NCBI GenBank assembly: GCA_964597545.1
Contig: CAZQXN010000001.1
Location: 5,655 to 69,654 of the forward strand
Direction: 5' to 3'
Length of the DNA: 64,000 nucleotides
Source of the DNA: an uncultured Planctomycetia bacterium
GTDB lineage: Bacteria; Omnitrophota; Gorgyraeia; 1-14-0-20-64-10
Within the stretch, counting starts at the first letter, position 1. Every line of letters begins with the position of its first letter. The translations under genes and the position numbers were made by a program. Under the pieces are notes generated by a model. The model saw nothing but the letters and a program-made list of their open reading frames with translations, was not told the origin of the DNA and did not search any database. Below, one piece after another: positions 11,172 to 20,766 of this stretch.

Positions 11172-11930
11172 TTAAGTCTTCTTGCTGTGTGACGCCTCTG
11201 TAAAAGCTCTTAAGACATCTATCGGCAGAGGAAAGATGGTGGTGGTGTTATTCGTCTTGCCGATCTCAACCAAGGTCTGCAGATAGCGCAGCTGCAGCGC
11301 CATGGGGGCCTCCTGCATCTTCTCTGCCGCCTGGCAGATCCGCTCAGCCGCTTGGAACTCCCCCTCCGCTGAGATCACCTTGGCCCGGCGCTCCCGCTCG
11401 GCTTCGGCTTGGCGGGCGATGGCCTTCCTGAGCTCCTCAGAGATGTCAACATCCTTGACCTCAACGTTGGAGACCTTGATCCCCCAAGGATCGGTCTGTT
11501 TGTCGAGAATGGTCTGAAGCATCTCGTTGATCCGGTCCCGCTTGGCGAGCAGATCATCCAAATCCATTTGTCCCACCACCGAACGCAGGGTGGTCTGTGC
11601 CATCTGGCTGACCGCGTAGGCGTAGTTCTCCACCTCCACAATGGATTTGATGGAATCGACCACCCGGAAGTAGCAGACTGCGTTGATCTTGACCGATATG
11701 TTGTCCTTGGTGATGATGTCCTGCGGGGGGACATCCATGGTCACGGTTCTCAGGTTCACCGTAACCGCCCGGTCGATCGGCCAGAAGATGAGGACCAATC
11801 CCGGCCCCTTGGGCTTGCCCAACACGCGCCCCAACCGGAAGATCACCCCGCGCTGATACTCGTTAAAGATCTTGATGCAGTTGGCGAGATAAAGCACAAC
11901 CAAGAAGATCAACAACCCCGGCCCTGTCAT
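11172..11930 (-). CDS. Stomatin/slipin SPFH-domain protein
   Basis: YQRGVIFRLGR, AQTTLRS, QAEAERERRAK, ALQLRYLQTL. Confidence 0.93.
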   Translation of the reverse strand: MTGPGLLIFLVVLYLANCIKIFNEYQRGVIFRLGRVLGKPKGPGLVLIFWPIDRAVTVNLRTVTMDVPPQDIITKDNISVKINAVCYFRVVDSIKSIVEVENYAYAVSQMAQTTLRSVVGQMDLDDLLAKRDRINEMLQTILDKQTDPWGIKVSNVEVKDVDISEELRKAIARQAEAERERRAKVISAEGEFQAAERICQAAEKMQEAPMALQLRYLQTLVEIGKTNNTTTIFPLPIDVLRAFTEASHSKKT

Positions 11931-11933
11931 CGC

Positions 11934-13337
11934 TTATCCTCCCTTTTTTACTTTAAGTACCATGCCGTCAAGCTCCACAATCCGGACCTTCTGGCCCTTG
12001 CGGATCTGCGCCTCTGATACGGCATTCCACAGCTCACCATGAACAAAGACCTTGCCCTCCTTGCCGGAAGTTAGCGCAGTGCGCGCGATACCCATCTCAC
12101 CTACCAAACCTTCCGGCCCGCCGACTTTTTTCCTCTGGCGGGAAGCCAGGGCCGCTTGAATCAAGAAGAGGGTGATCACCGCCGTTGCCCCGGAGAAGGC
12201 AAAGATGAGACTCCTTGAAACCTGTACCAGCTCCTGCGGAGCATCAAAAAGAATAAAGGAACCCAGCACCATGCAGGTCAAGCCCCCCAGGGTCAGCAGT
12301 CCAATCCCAGGGACCATCACCTCAGCAATGAAGAGGGTGCCGCCCAAAAGCATCAGGGCTAAACCCGCATAGTTTGTCGGAAGCATCTGCATCCCAAAGA
12401 AGGCCAGGATCAGGAAGATGGCACCCGCCACGCCGGGAACTCCAATCCCGGGATGGGTCACCTCAAAGAGCAGCCCGTAGAACCCGAGCATGAGCAAGAG
12501 ATAGGCAATGTTGGGGTCGGCCAAGACATTGAGGATCCGCTGCCTAAAATCCATCTGAATCACCTGAAGGGGTACCTGCTGGGTGCGAAGGGTCACGGTT
12601 CGACCCCCTAAGTCCACACCGCGGCCGTCGAGCTGTTCCATAAGGGCTGCGCGATCCTTGGCGATGAAATCAATGACCCCTTGCTCCAGCGCCTCGTCGG
12701 ATGAGATGGAGACGCTCTGTCGCACAGCGGACTCAGCCCACTCGGCATTGCGTCCCCGCTCGGCAGCAATGCCTTTGATGAAGGCCACGGTATCCTCCAG
12801 GATTTTCCCCGCTACAACATCCCCTGCCTCCTCTGGTTTGGGTTCTTCCTGGTCCTGGCCGCGGATCGTCCAGTTCTTCTTGTCCCCCTTCTTCCGGAGC
12901 GCATCCTTGCCCTTCTCCAACCACCCGGGCCGGCGCTGCCCTCCCATCTCAACCGGATGGGCCGCCCCGATGTTGGTTGAAGGGGCCATGGCCAGCAGGT
13001 GGCTGGCATAGGAGATAAAGACCCCGGCCGATCCGGCCCGAGATCCTTGAGGGGCGATGTAGACCACCAGCGGAATGCGAGCTGCCAGCATCCTCTTAAC
13101 AATCAAACGGGTGGAGCTTAAGAGCCCGCCGGGTGTATCCAGCTCAATCACCAGGCAGAGCGCTTGAGCCTCTTCTGCTCGGTCAATGGCCTGGATGATG
13201 TAGTCAGCGGTAACCGGGTTGATCGACTGGCCATCGATTTGAATGAGGTGTGCCTCTTCGGCCCAGGCTAAACCCTGCCCCACACCAAAAGAGAGCAACG
13301 CACAGAGGGCTAAGAGGAGGCGGATGCGGGTCATCAT
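11934..13337 (-). CDS. NfeD-family membrane-bound serine protease (long form)
   Basis: Signal peptide, LDTPGG, AGSAG, TNIGAAHP, transmembrane region, C-terminal GELWNA OB fold; adjacent to stomatin. Confidence 0.9.
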   Translation of the reverse strand: MMTRIRLLLALCALLSFGVGQGLAWAEEAHLIQIDGQSINPVTADYIIQAIDRAEEAQALCLVIELDTPGGLLSSTRLIVKRMLAARIPLVVYIAPQGSRAGSAGVFISYASHLLAMAPSTNIGAAHPVEMGGQRRPGWLEKGKDALRKKGDKKNWTIRGQDQEEPKPEEAGDVVAGKILEDTVAFIKGIAAERGRNAEWAESAVRQSVSISSDEALEQGVIDFIAKDRAALMEQLDGRGVDLGGRTVTLRTQQVPLQVIQMDFRQRILNVLADPNIAYLLLMLGFYGLLFEVTHPGIGVPGVAGAIFLILAFFGMQMLPTNYAGLALMLLGGTLFIAEVMVPGIGLLTLGGLTCMVLGSFILFDAPQELVQVSRSLIFAFSGATAVITLFLIQAALASRQRKKVGGPEGLVGEMGIARTALTSGKEGKVFVHGELWNAVSEAQIRKGQKVRIVELDGMVLKVKKGG

Positions 13338-13546
13338 GATGCAGCGGGCGGAAGAGGGCTCTTTTCCTCTCGGCAGCACTCTGGGGTGCCGCAGTTGCGG
13401 ACTTGCATTTGAACAACACATCCGCTTTTGTCCAAGGTGGCCTCGAACTCCGCCCTGCAGCCGGTGCAGACCCACCGGTCTTCCGGGTTGGCCGCAAGGC
13501 GGCTGCCGCAGAAGAAACAGTGCCAGCGGCTTTCGTGCTGCTTCAC
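13334..13546 (-). CDS. Small Cys-rich putative zinc-ribbon protein
   Basis: 70 aa with CFFC, CTGC and further Cys; 4-bp overlaps with both neighbours; GGAGG RBS. Confidence 0.6.
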   Translation of the reverse strand: MKQHESRWHCFFCGSRLAANPEDRWVCTGCRAEFEATLDKSGCVVQMQVRNCGTPECCREEKSPLPPAAS

Positions 13547-14952
13547 GTCGCAGCCTCCCGCACAGCAAAGAGACGCTCTCCGTCATCGATTAAGATCGTC
13601 CAGCGCGCCTGAGCTTCGGGTTCCAGCAGATCCCACTCCCGGTGGCCGATAAAGCAGTAGCGGCGCACATAGCGCGTAGCCCCCAGGAATTCGCCATAGT
13701 GCGGCCAGTTGTGGGCGCTGGTGACCCGTGTAATTGCATCGGAATAGATGAGGAGGGAGGCCACATCCTGTCGGACCACAACGACCTGGCCGGGCGCCTG
13801 TCTGACGATCGGATCGATCAGAGGGGCCCAGCGTACGCTCACTTCATAGCGCGCAGGGTGCACCGAGATCGGAGAGAAAGCCAGCCCCACCGCTGCAATG
13901 AAAGCCAAAGCGGTTGTGCCCCAGAACAGGCGCTGCTTCCAAAGGTTAGAGATCCACCGATCGCAGGCCAGCCCCACCCACAAGGCCGTGGCTGCATAGG
14001 TCGGCAGGATATAGTAATGGACCTTGTGGTGTGCCAGAGAGAAACCCAGCGGAAAGGCCACCGCCCATAAGAAGATCAGCAGCCATCTGGGTTCCTCTGC
14101 TCGACGGATCTTCCCCCAAGCCAACCATCCTCCTGCCAGCGCCAACGGCAAGAAATACCAGTATTTATCCAGGATCGCCCAACCGTAGTAATACCAGGGG
14201 GTCAGCGACTCCCTGCGCTGCAGCAGATGGCTAAAGTTCTGCGCATAGTAGTTGTTCCAGAGGGTGTCCTGATAGAAAAGCTGTTCCGCTCCCATCCAGG
14301 CTAACACCGGCAGGATCGCTACCGCCCAAGCCGCTAAGAAGGCCGGTTGAATCAGCTCTCTCCAGTTGCGCCGCAGCACCAGGTAAGCAACCGCTGCCAC
14401 CAGGGGCACCAACCCCACAAACTCCTTGGTCATGATCGCCCCGAAAGAAGCTGCACCGGTCAAGAGGTACCACCGCTTGGAGCCCTTTGCAGCTAAGGCC
14501 AATCCCACAAAGGCCCAAGTGATAAAGGCGATAAGCGGCAAGTCCGGCCGGCACTGGCGCGCAATCTTCATCACATGATCGGTCAGCAGGAAGCCCATCC
14601 CTGAAAACCACCCCACCCAGGGGCCCGCCAGAGTCCTCCCCAGTACAAAGATTCCCCCCACCGCCACTAGGGTCATGACGCTTGAGAAGAGCTTGGCCAC
14701 CGCAGGGGTCACTCCGAACCATTGAAAGAACAGAGCCGTTGGCCAGATCGTCATTGGGAAGTGCCAGTAGTGCGGGGTGTTGGTGACCGGATCAAAGGGA
14801 AGCAGCCACCGGTTGGAGAGGGCAATCTCCCTGGCCACCGCGGCGTAATGGATGCCGTCGACATCCAGAGAGGGGGCGTGGGCCTGAATAAAGACTGCAA
14901 GGTAGGTCACGCCCAGAAGGGCAAAAAGCATGTATTTTTCAGAAAGTTTCAC
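13543..14952 (-). CDS. ArnT/PMT-like (GT-C, family 39/83) membrane glycosyltransferase
   Basis: D..HYA.VAREI, ARQCRPD, TK, PWYYY, K.HYYILP; polytopic. Confidence 0.82.
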   Translation of the reverse strand: MKLSEKYMLFALLGVTYLAVFIQAHAPSLDVDGIHYAAVAREIALSNRWLLPFDPVTNTPHYWHFPMTIWPTALFFQWFGVTPAVAKLFSSVMTLVAVGGIFVLGRTLAGPWVGWFSGMGFLLTDHVMKIARQCRPDLPLIAFITWAFVGLALAAKGSKRWYLLTGAASFGAIMTKEFVGLVPLVAAVAYLVLRRNWRELIQPAFLAAWAVAILPVLAWMGAEQLFYQDTLWNNYYAQNFSHLLQRRESLTPWYYYGWAILDKYWYFLPLALAGGWLAWGKIRRAEEPRWLLIFLWAVAFPLGFSLAHHKVHYYILPTYAATALWVGLACDRWISNLWKQRLFWGTTALAFIAAVGLAFSPISVHPARYEVSVRWAPLIDPIVRQAPGQVVVVRQDVASLLIYSDAITRVTSAHNWPHYGEFLGATRYVRRYCFIGHREWDLLEPEAQARWTILIDDGERLFAVREAAT

Positions 14953-16322
14953 TCGATTCCTTTGAGGCCGGCAACGAGGTTCGAGGCGGTCGCCTTGGCG
15001 TCTCCGAAGAGCATCCGGGCATTGGGGTGATAGAAAAGTGGATTCTCCACACCGGCAAACCCGGTCCTGAGGCTCCGTTTGATGATGATGATATTCTTGG
15101 CCCGGTCCACGTTTAAGATCGGCATTCCATAGAGGGGGCTGGATGGATCGGTACGGGCAGCCGGGTTGATCACATCATTGGCCCCAAGAACCAAGGCCAC
15201 GTCGGTCACGTCAAATTCAGGGTTGATCCGCTCCATCTCGTAGAGCTTGTCGTACGGCACATTGGCCTCAGCCAAGAGTACATTCATGTGGCCCGGCATG
15301 CGCCCGGCCACCGGATGGATAGCATACTTGACCTCCACCCCCTTGGCTTCCAGCATATCGGTCATCTCCTTAATGGCATGCTGGGCTTGAGCCACAGCCA
15401 TCCCATAACCCGGAACCACTACAACCATCTTGGAGTAGGCCATCAACACCGCCACATCCTCTGCGGTGACCTCCCGAACGGTTCGTTCCCCTTCTCCAGC
15501 ACCGGCGGCCACCTCCCCGCCTTTGACTCCGACGGCCCCGAAGAGTACATTCGCGAGGGAGCGGTTCATCGCCTCGCACATGATGCGTGTCAAGATCAGG
15601 CCCGAAGCCCCCACGAGGGACCCTGCAATGATCAGCATCTGGTTGTACAACACAAAACCGGTACAGGCGGCAGCCACACCCGAGAGGGAGTTCAGGAGCG
15701 CGATCACAACCGGCATATCTGCCCCGCCGATTGGAATCACAATTAAGACCCCCCAGACCAGAGCAAGGCCCAGAAGGGGATAGAACAGATAAGCACTGGC
15801 TGGATTCATCACGACAGCCACCGACAACCCCAGCAAAGCAATCAAGAGTGCGATGTTGAATAGATTCTGCCCGGGATAGGTGATGGGGCGGCCGGTCATG
15901 AGCTCCTGCAGTTTGGCAAAGGCGATGAGGCTTCCGGTTAAGGTGGCACCTCCTACTGCGATACTGGCCATGATGGCAATCATCACATCCAGGGATTTGG
16001 CGATGGGGCGCAGGTGCTCTGCCCAGGCCACCAGCATCGAGGCCCCACCCCCCAACCCGTTTAAGAGGGCTACCATCTGCGGCATTGCAGTCATCTTGAT
16101 GAGCCGAGCTGCCGCCACGCCTATAAGAGAGCCAACAATCAACCCTGCGATGATCATCGAGAAGTCGACGATCTGCCGATCGAGGAGGGTAACGACAATG
16201 GCCAGCAGCATGCCGACCGCCCCCATGAGATTGCCCCGGCGGGCAGTCGCAGGAGAGGAGAGCTGCTTGAGCCCCAAGATAAAGAGGCTGGCCGCAACGA
16301 GGTAAAGGAGGGTAGTAATCAT
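14949..16322 (-). CDS. pntB: NAD(P) transhydrogenase beta subunit
   Basis: MTAMPQMVA, GGADMPVV, PGYGMAVAQAQH, HPVAGRMPGHMNVLLAEA. Confidence 0.96.
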   Translation of the reverse strand: MITTLLYLVAASLFILGLKQLSSPATARRGNLMGAVGMLLAIVVTLLDRQIVDFSMIIAGLIVGSLIGVAAARLIKMTAMPQMVALLNGLGGGASMLVAWAEHLRPIAKSLDVMIAIMASIAVGGATLTGSLIAFAKLQELMTGRPITYPGQNLFNIALLIALLGLSVAVVMNPASAYLFYPLLGLALVWGVLIVIPIGGADMPVVIALLNSLSGVAAACTGFVLYNQMLIIAGSLVGASGLILTRIMCEAMNRSLANVLFGAVGVKGGEVAAGAGEGERTVREVTAEDVAVLMAYSKMVVVVPGYGMAVAQAQHAIKEMTDMLEAKGVEVKYAIHPVAGRMPGHMNVLLAEANVPYDKLYEMERINPEFDVTDVALVLGANDVINPAARTDPSSPLYGMPILNVDRAKNIIIIKRSLRTGFAGVENPLFYHPNARMLFGDAKATASNLVAGLKGIE

Positions 16323-16600
16323 TTCTTTTTCTTGAACATCTGAAGCATGCGATCGGTGACCAAGAAACCGCCCACCACATTCACCATGGCCAGCGCCACC
16401 GCGATCACCCCCAGCAGACCCGCGAGTCCAGCATCTGCACGGCCGGCTGCCAAGAGGGCTCCAACGATGGTGATGCCGGAGATGGCATTCGACCCTGACA
16501 TCAGCGGCGTGTGCAGAATGGCCGGAACCTTGGTGATGACCTCAAAACCGATAAATACAGCCAAGACAAAAACAGTGACCGCGGTCAGGAAGGGTTCCAT
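16319..16600 (-). CDS. pntA: NAD(P) transhydrogenase alpha subunit, part 2
   Basis: LHTPLMSGSNAISG, NVVGGFLVTDRMLQMF. Confidence 0.93.
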   Translation of the reverse strand: MEPFLTAVTVFVLAVFIGFEVITKVPAILHTPLMSGSNAISGITIVGALLAAGRADAGLAGLLGVIAVALAMVNVVGGFLVTDRMLQMFKKKK

Positions 16601-17718
16601 CAGATGCGCTTCTCCCCTTGGTGCGCGACACAAGTTTCACCGATGACCTGATCTTCAAAATTGAGATTGAGCTTGCCTTCCTTGAGTAGGACCTCCAAAA
16701 AGGCAGTGATGTTCTTGGAATACATTTGGCTGGAATGAAAGGCAAGCGCGCTCGGCAGATTCAAGGGCCCCAAGATCTGAATCTGTCCGGGCAGGGTTAC
16801 GGTTTGGCCGGCCTGAGTCAGCTCACAATTGCCTCCCTGCTCGGCCGCCAGATCAACAATCACAGAACCGGGTTTCATCGCTTCTGCCATCTGACGGGTA
16901 ATCAGCCGGGGAGCCGGTTTGCCTGGAATAAGGGCCGTCGTAATCACCACATCAGCCTTTTGCAGCCGCTCGGCAATCAAGGCCTGCTCCTTGCGGTGAC
17001 TCTCCTCAGAGAGCTCCTTGGCATATCCCCCTTTGCCCTCAGCCCCCTCCAAGGTCAAACCCACAAAGGAGGCGCCGAGACTCTCCACCTGTTCTTTGAC
17101 GGCCGGTCGAACATCAAAGGCCTCAACCCGAGCACCCAAGCGCCGAGCTGTGGCAATGGCTTGAAGTCCGGCGACACCGGCGCCCAGCACAAAGACCTTG
17201 GCGGGCGTGACGGTACCAGCCGCTGTCATCAGGAGGGGGAAAAACTTAGGGGAAGCCTGTGCAGCCAAGATGGCTGCCAGGTATCCAGCCGCAGTGCTTT
17301 GTGAGCTTAAGGCATCCATCTTCTGCGCCCTGGAGATCCTGGGGACTCGCTCCATGGCAAAGGCTGTGACCTTGCGGGTAAGCAGCTTCTGAAGAAGGGG
17401 TGAGTTGGAATCTGCAAAAAGGAAGGATATGATCGCAGCACCCTCCCGGAGGAGATCGGCCTCGTGCCCTACCCCCTGACGCTCTGCCGGCCCTTGGACC
17501 TTAAGCAGCAGGTCGGCGGCCTTAAAGAGCGCAGAAGCATCGGTGGCAATCTCAACACCGGCCTTGCGGTACTCCTCATCCGGGAAACCGGCTGCCTCTC
17601 CAGCCCCTGCTTCCAGTGCCACGCGCACACCGGTCTTAACGAGTCCGGCTGCCAACTCTGGCACCAAGGCCACCCGGCGCTCACCCGGAACTGCCTCTTT
17701 GGATATCGCGATTTGCAT
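16600..17718 (-). CDS. pntA: NAD(P) transhydrogenase alpha subunit, part 1
   Basis: ERRVALVP, PRISRAQKMDALSSQ, GAGVAGLQA, GGYAKE. Confidence 0.95.
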   Translation of the reverse strand: MQIAISKEAVPGERRVALVPELAAGLVKTGVRVALEAGAGEAAGFPDEEYRKAGVEIATDASALFKAADLLLKVQGPAERQGVGHEADLLREGAAIISFLFADSNSPLLQKLLTRKVTAFAMERVPRISRAQKMDALSSQSTAAGYLAAILAAQASPKFFPLLMTAAGTVTPAKVFVLGAGVAGLQAIATARRLGARVEAFDVRPAVKEQVESLGASFVGLTLEGAEGKGGYAKELSEESHRKEQALIAERLQKADVVITTALIPGKPAPRLITRQMAEAMKPGSVIVDLAAEQGGNCELTQAGQTVTLPGQIQILGPLNLPSALAFHSSQMYSKNITAFLEVLLKEGKLNLNFEDQVIGETCVAHQGEKRI

Positions 17719-17800
17719 GAGACACTATGATAACCTGTCTTTGGGCAATGGGGTAAGCTGAAATTAGAGGCCAGCTCATCACCGACTGTAGGGGCCTCGT

Positions 17801-17840
17801 ATTGCGAGGCCCCCGCCCCTGGCGGGGGACGAAGCAATCT
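17801..17840 (+). repeat. REP-like palindromic element copy 2
   Basis: ATTGCGAGG-CCCCCGCC CCT GGCGGGGG-ACGAAGCAATCT in the pntA/acetyltransferase intergenic region. Confidence 0.7.
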
Positions 17841-17863
17841 GACTCGAAGAAGAGGCATCTAGC

Positions 17864-18436
17864 ATGTTTGAGACCCTCAAGGCTGACTACAACCGCTATT
17901 ACAAGCTCCTGCCAGCCAGCTATGGCCGATGGCAGCGCTTTATCTTCTTTCTAACCTGCCCAGGGATGTGGGCTCTGCTGGATTATCGCTACAGGAAGTG
18001 GGCACCCTTTCGGCCCCGCTGGTTTAGGCTCATCATGATGTGGCCCATGTTCTTTTTTCACATTTGGCTGAGCGTCTTCACCGGAATTGAGATTAAAACC
18101 GGGGCCAAGATCGGCAGGGGGCTCTACATCGGCCACTTCACTGGAATCTTTATCCATTCGGATGTTGTCATGGGGGAAAACTGCTCCATCTCTCAAGGGG
18201 TGACCATCGGCTTAGGCGGCAAGGATAAAACCTACGGCGTCCCCACGGTGGGAAAGAACGTCTATTTTGGAGCGGGGGCCAAGGTGCTGGGTAAGTTCAC
18301 CATCGGTGACGGTGCTGCAGTTGGCGCCAATGCCGTGGTCTTGACCTCAGTCCCTGCGGGGGCCACCGCGGTCGGGGTGCCGGCCCGCATCATTACCGTT
18401 GAAGAGAAAGCTGCAAAGAAACGTAAGGGCACCTGA
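17864..18436 (+). CDS. Serine O-acetyltransferase-like (CysE/WcaB) hexapeptide acetyltransferase
   Basis: GIEI..GAKIGRGLYIGH, GAGAKVLG, VGANAVV, VGVPAR. Confidence 0.85.
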   Translation: MFETLKADYNRYYKLLPASYGRWQRFIFFLTCPGMWALLDYRYRKWAPFRPRWFRLIMMWPMFFFHIWLSVFTGIEIKTGAKIGRGLYIGHFTGIFIHSDVVMGENCSISQGVTIGLGGKDKTYGVPTVGKNVYFGAGAKVLGKFTIGDGAAVGANAVVLTSVPAGATAVGVPARIITVEEKAAKKRKGT

Positions 18437-18443
18437 CCCCCTC

Positions 18444-19610
18444 ATGCGGATTGGTATCATCGGCAACATCCCCCCGCCAGTGGGGGGCGCAGAGGTGCTC
18501 CTCAAAGATTTCCTCCGCCATTTCCTCAAATCCCCTCGGCAAAACTGCACTTTGGTTCGCTGGCGAAAACAGGTCTTCATGTACCTGCCGGAACGCCTGG
18601 TGCGAGTTTATGCTCCCCGCGGCACGGTCAAGCGCTTACGCGGAATGCCAATCCATTATCTCTTTGAAGCACTGGAGCGACCGGCACGCCAGCGGCGCTC
18701 CCGCTTCGAGCAGGCGCTCATCGCCCATTACACCTGCCATGGTCTTCAAGCCGCTGAGATCTTCCATAAAACCAAAGTTCAATTGGTCCACGCCCACATG
18801 CTATTCCCCAATCTCTTCTTTGCCGCCACCGCAGCCCTAGCGCTGTCGGTACCACTGGTCCTGACCATCCATGGAATGCTGGAGTTTCGGATCTTAGACC
18901 GTTTTGGCAAACTGTACCCGCTCTTTTCAGGATGGGTCAACCGGCTGATCCGCCAAGCCCACCTGGTGGTGGTTGCGAGTCGAGAGATCGGCCGTGAGGC
19001 GCGACGCAGGGGTGCCAAGCGGGTGGTCCGGCTCTCCGGCGGAATCGACACCCACTGGTATCGACCCGCCCAGGCAGTCAGCCGCCGACAAGGAATTCTT
19101 TTTGTCGGAACCGTCCGCCAGGATAAAGGGGCTGCCCTCTTGATTCAGGCCTTTGAGCGGCTGAGCAGAAAGATTCCAGATAAGCTCACCTTCATCGGAA
19201 ACCCCATCTTAAAGGGCCCGGTGATGTCTCGGGCCCGGCGCAACCCGCGCATCGTGTTTAGGGGGGTTCAAAGCCCTTCTCAAGTTCGCCATGCCCTTCA
19301 GCGGGCAAAGCTCTTGGTTCTGCCTTCCCGCAGCGAGGGACTCTCTCTTTCGGTCTTAGAGGCGATGGCCTGCGAAACGCCGGTCCTGGCCACGGCAACT
19401 GGAGAGCTTGCAACACTCATCCGCCACAACCAGAACGGTTTCCTGATTCGCCGCCGGAGCCCCCGCGGACTGGCAGATCAGATGCGAGAAATCCTAGCCC
19501 GTAAAGATCTCCCTTGCGTGGGGCGGCACGCTCGGGGTGCAGCTGTGCCTTTCGATATTCGGTCAGTCGTGAGACAATACGAGTCGCTCTACCGCAACCT
19601 CATCCGATGA
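18444..19610 (+). CDS. Glycosyltransferase family 4
   Basis: PP.VGGAE, HAH, KG, PSRSEGLSLSVLEAMA. Confidence 0.88.
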   Translation: MRIGIIGNIPPPVGGAEVLLKDFLRHFLKSPRQNCTLVRWRKQVFMYLPERLVRVYAPRGTVKRLRGMPIHYLFEALERPARQRRSRFEQALIAHYTCHGLQAAEIFHKTKVQLVHAHMLFPNLFFAATAALALSVPLVLTIHGMLEFRILDRFGKLYPLFSGWVNRLIRQAHLVVVASREIGREARRRGAKRVVRLSGGIDTHWYRPAQAVSRRQGILFVGTVRQDKGAALLIQAFERLSRKIPDKLTFIGNPILKGPVMSRARRNPRIVFRGVQSPSQVRHALQRAKLLVLPSRSEGLSLSVLEAMACETPVLATATGELATLIRHNQNGFLIRRRSPRGLADQMREILARKDLPCVGRHARGAAVPFDIRSVVRQYESLYRNLIR

Positions 19611-20740
19611 AATCATCCCGAGCCCGTATCTTGCTGGTCCGAGACAGCTTCCCCTATTTGGGAGGCTCAAGCACCTATCTCTATTTGCTTTTTGAGACCC
19701 TCAAGAAACGTTTCCCCGCCCTCGAGTGCTGGAACATTATCACCTCTCACACCTGGAAGGTGGGCAGCCGCCATTACGGCCCCCACTGGCCCAACCCCAA
19801 GGGCTTTGACGATGTGAGAACCTTTGTCTTGGACGGCCGAAGGGGAGTCACCAAAATCCGTCATGCCCTGCGGGAAAAACCGGTCAGCGCCATCCTCTCC
19901 AAATCCAGGAAGACCTCCGCCCTCTTGAAACAGCTTGAGCCGGCTGCCACCCTCTGGCACCTCACCAGCACCTGCAGCATCATCAAATCCGGAATTGCCA
20001 CCGGACGGTTCTCCTCCATGGAGAGTGCGATCCGGCGCCTGCACACAGACGGCATCCCCAAGCGGGGTTCCTTAGAAGAGCAGGCGGCGGTCAAAGCGGC
20101 TGATCGGATCCTCTGCCACACCAATTCCATGAAGCTGTGGTACTACACCTTTTATCCGGAGCATCGGGATAAGATCGAGGATGAGGTCTTCTGGGACTAT
20201 CCCCTGCTCCAGAAGCATTTCCATCACGTGGCCACCAAGACCCTTTGGAAGAAGCGGCCGATTGATCTGCTCTTTGTGGCCAGCGATTGGCGCAGGCCCG
20301 AGAAGAATTTTCCTTTGATGAAGAAACTCTGCCAAAGCTTCCATGACAAGAAGATCATGGTGGTGGGATTCCTGCCCAAGCCCTTACCCAACGAGGTCAT
20401 TACCTTTGACGCGATGTCTCAGGAGAAGGTGGTCGAGGCCATGGGTCAAGCCAAGGTGGTGATCTGCCCCTCCCGCTACGACGAGGGACCCAATGTCCTT
20501 TTTGAGGCGGCCCTGGCCGGCTCCAACATTGTCTGCTCGCGCAACTGCGGAAATTTCCAGCTCACCCCGAAGGAGCTGCTGGCAAAGCTTGAGTTGCCGG
20601 ACTTTGTTCGCAAGGTCAAACGGGCGCTCCAGGAGCAGCGCCCGCACAATACCGCTTACTTCTCAAAGACAGAGATGGTGGCGTGGATCTGCGATCAGCT
20701 CTCAGGCAAGGGAGCGCTTGCGTCGGAAGGTTCTACGTAG
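19607..20740 (+). CDS. GT-B glycosyltransferase (GT4-like)
   Basis: P.LGGSST, RPEKN, PSRYDEGPNVLFEAA; ATGA overlap with upstream gene. Confidence 0.72.
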   Translation: MKSSRARILLVRDSFPYLGGSSTYLYLLFETLKKRFPALECWNIITSHTWKVGSRHYGPHWPNPKGFDDVRTFVLDGRRGVTKIRHALREKPVSAILSKSRKTSALLKQLEPAATLWHLTSTCSIIKSGIATGRFSSMESAIRRLHTDGIPKRGSLEEQAAVKAADRILCHTNSMKLWYYTFYPEHRDKIEDEVFWDYPLLQKHFHHVATKTLWKKRPIDLLFVASDWRRPEKNFPLMKKLCQSFHDKKIMVVGFLPKPLPNEVITFDAMSQEKVVEAMGQAKVVICPSRYDEGPNVLFEAALAGSNIVCSRNCGNFQLTPKELLAKLELPDFVRKVKRALQEQRPHNTAYFSKTEMVAWICDQLSGKGALASEGST

Positions 20741-20766
20741 GATGTCATCCTCGACTGGATCGAGGA

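Noticed and set aside
11934-13586. Over-long starts in the ORF track (NfeD, MpgP, MnhB, MnhE, NuoI-like, MFS)
   Set aside because: The extensions overlap upstream genes; downstream starts with RBS or stop-start coupling fit better.
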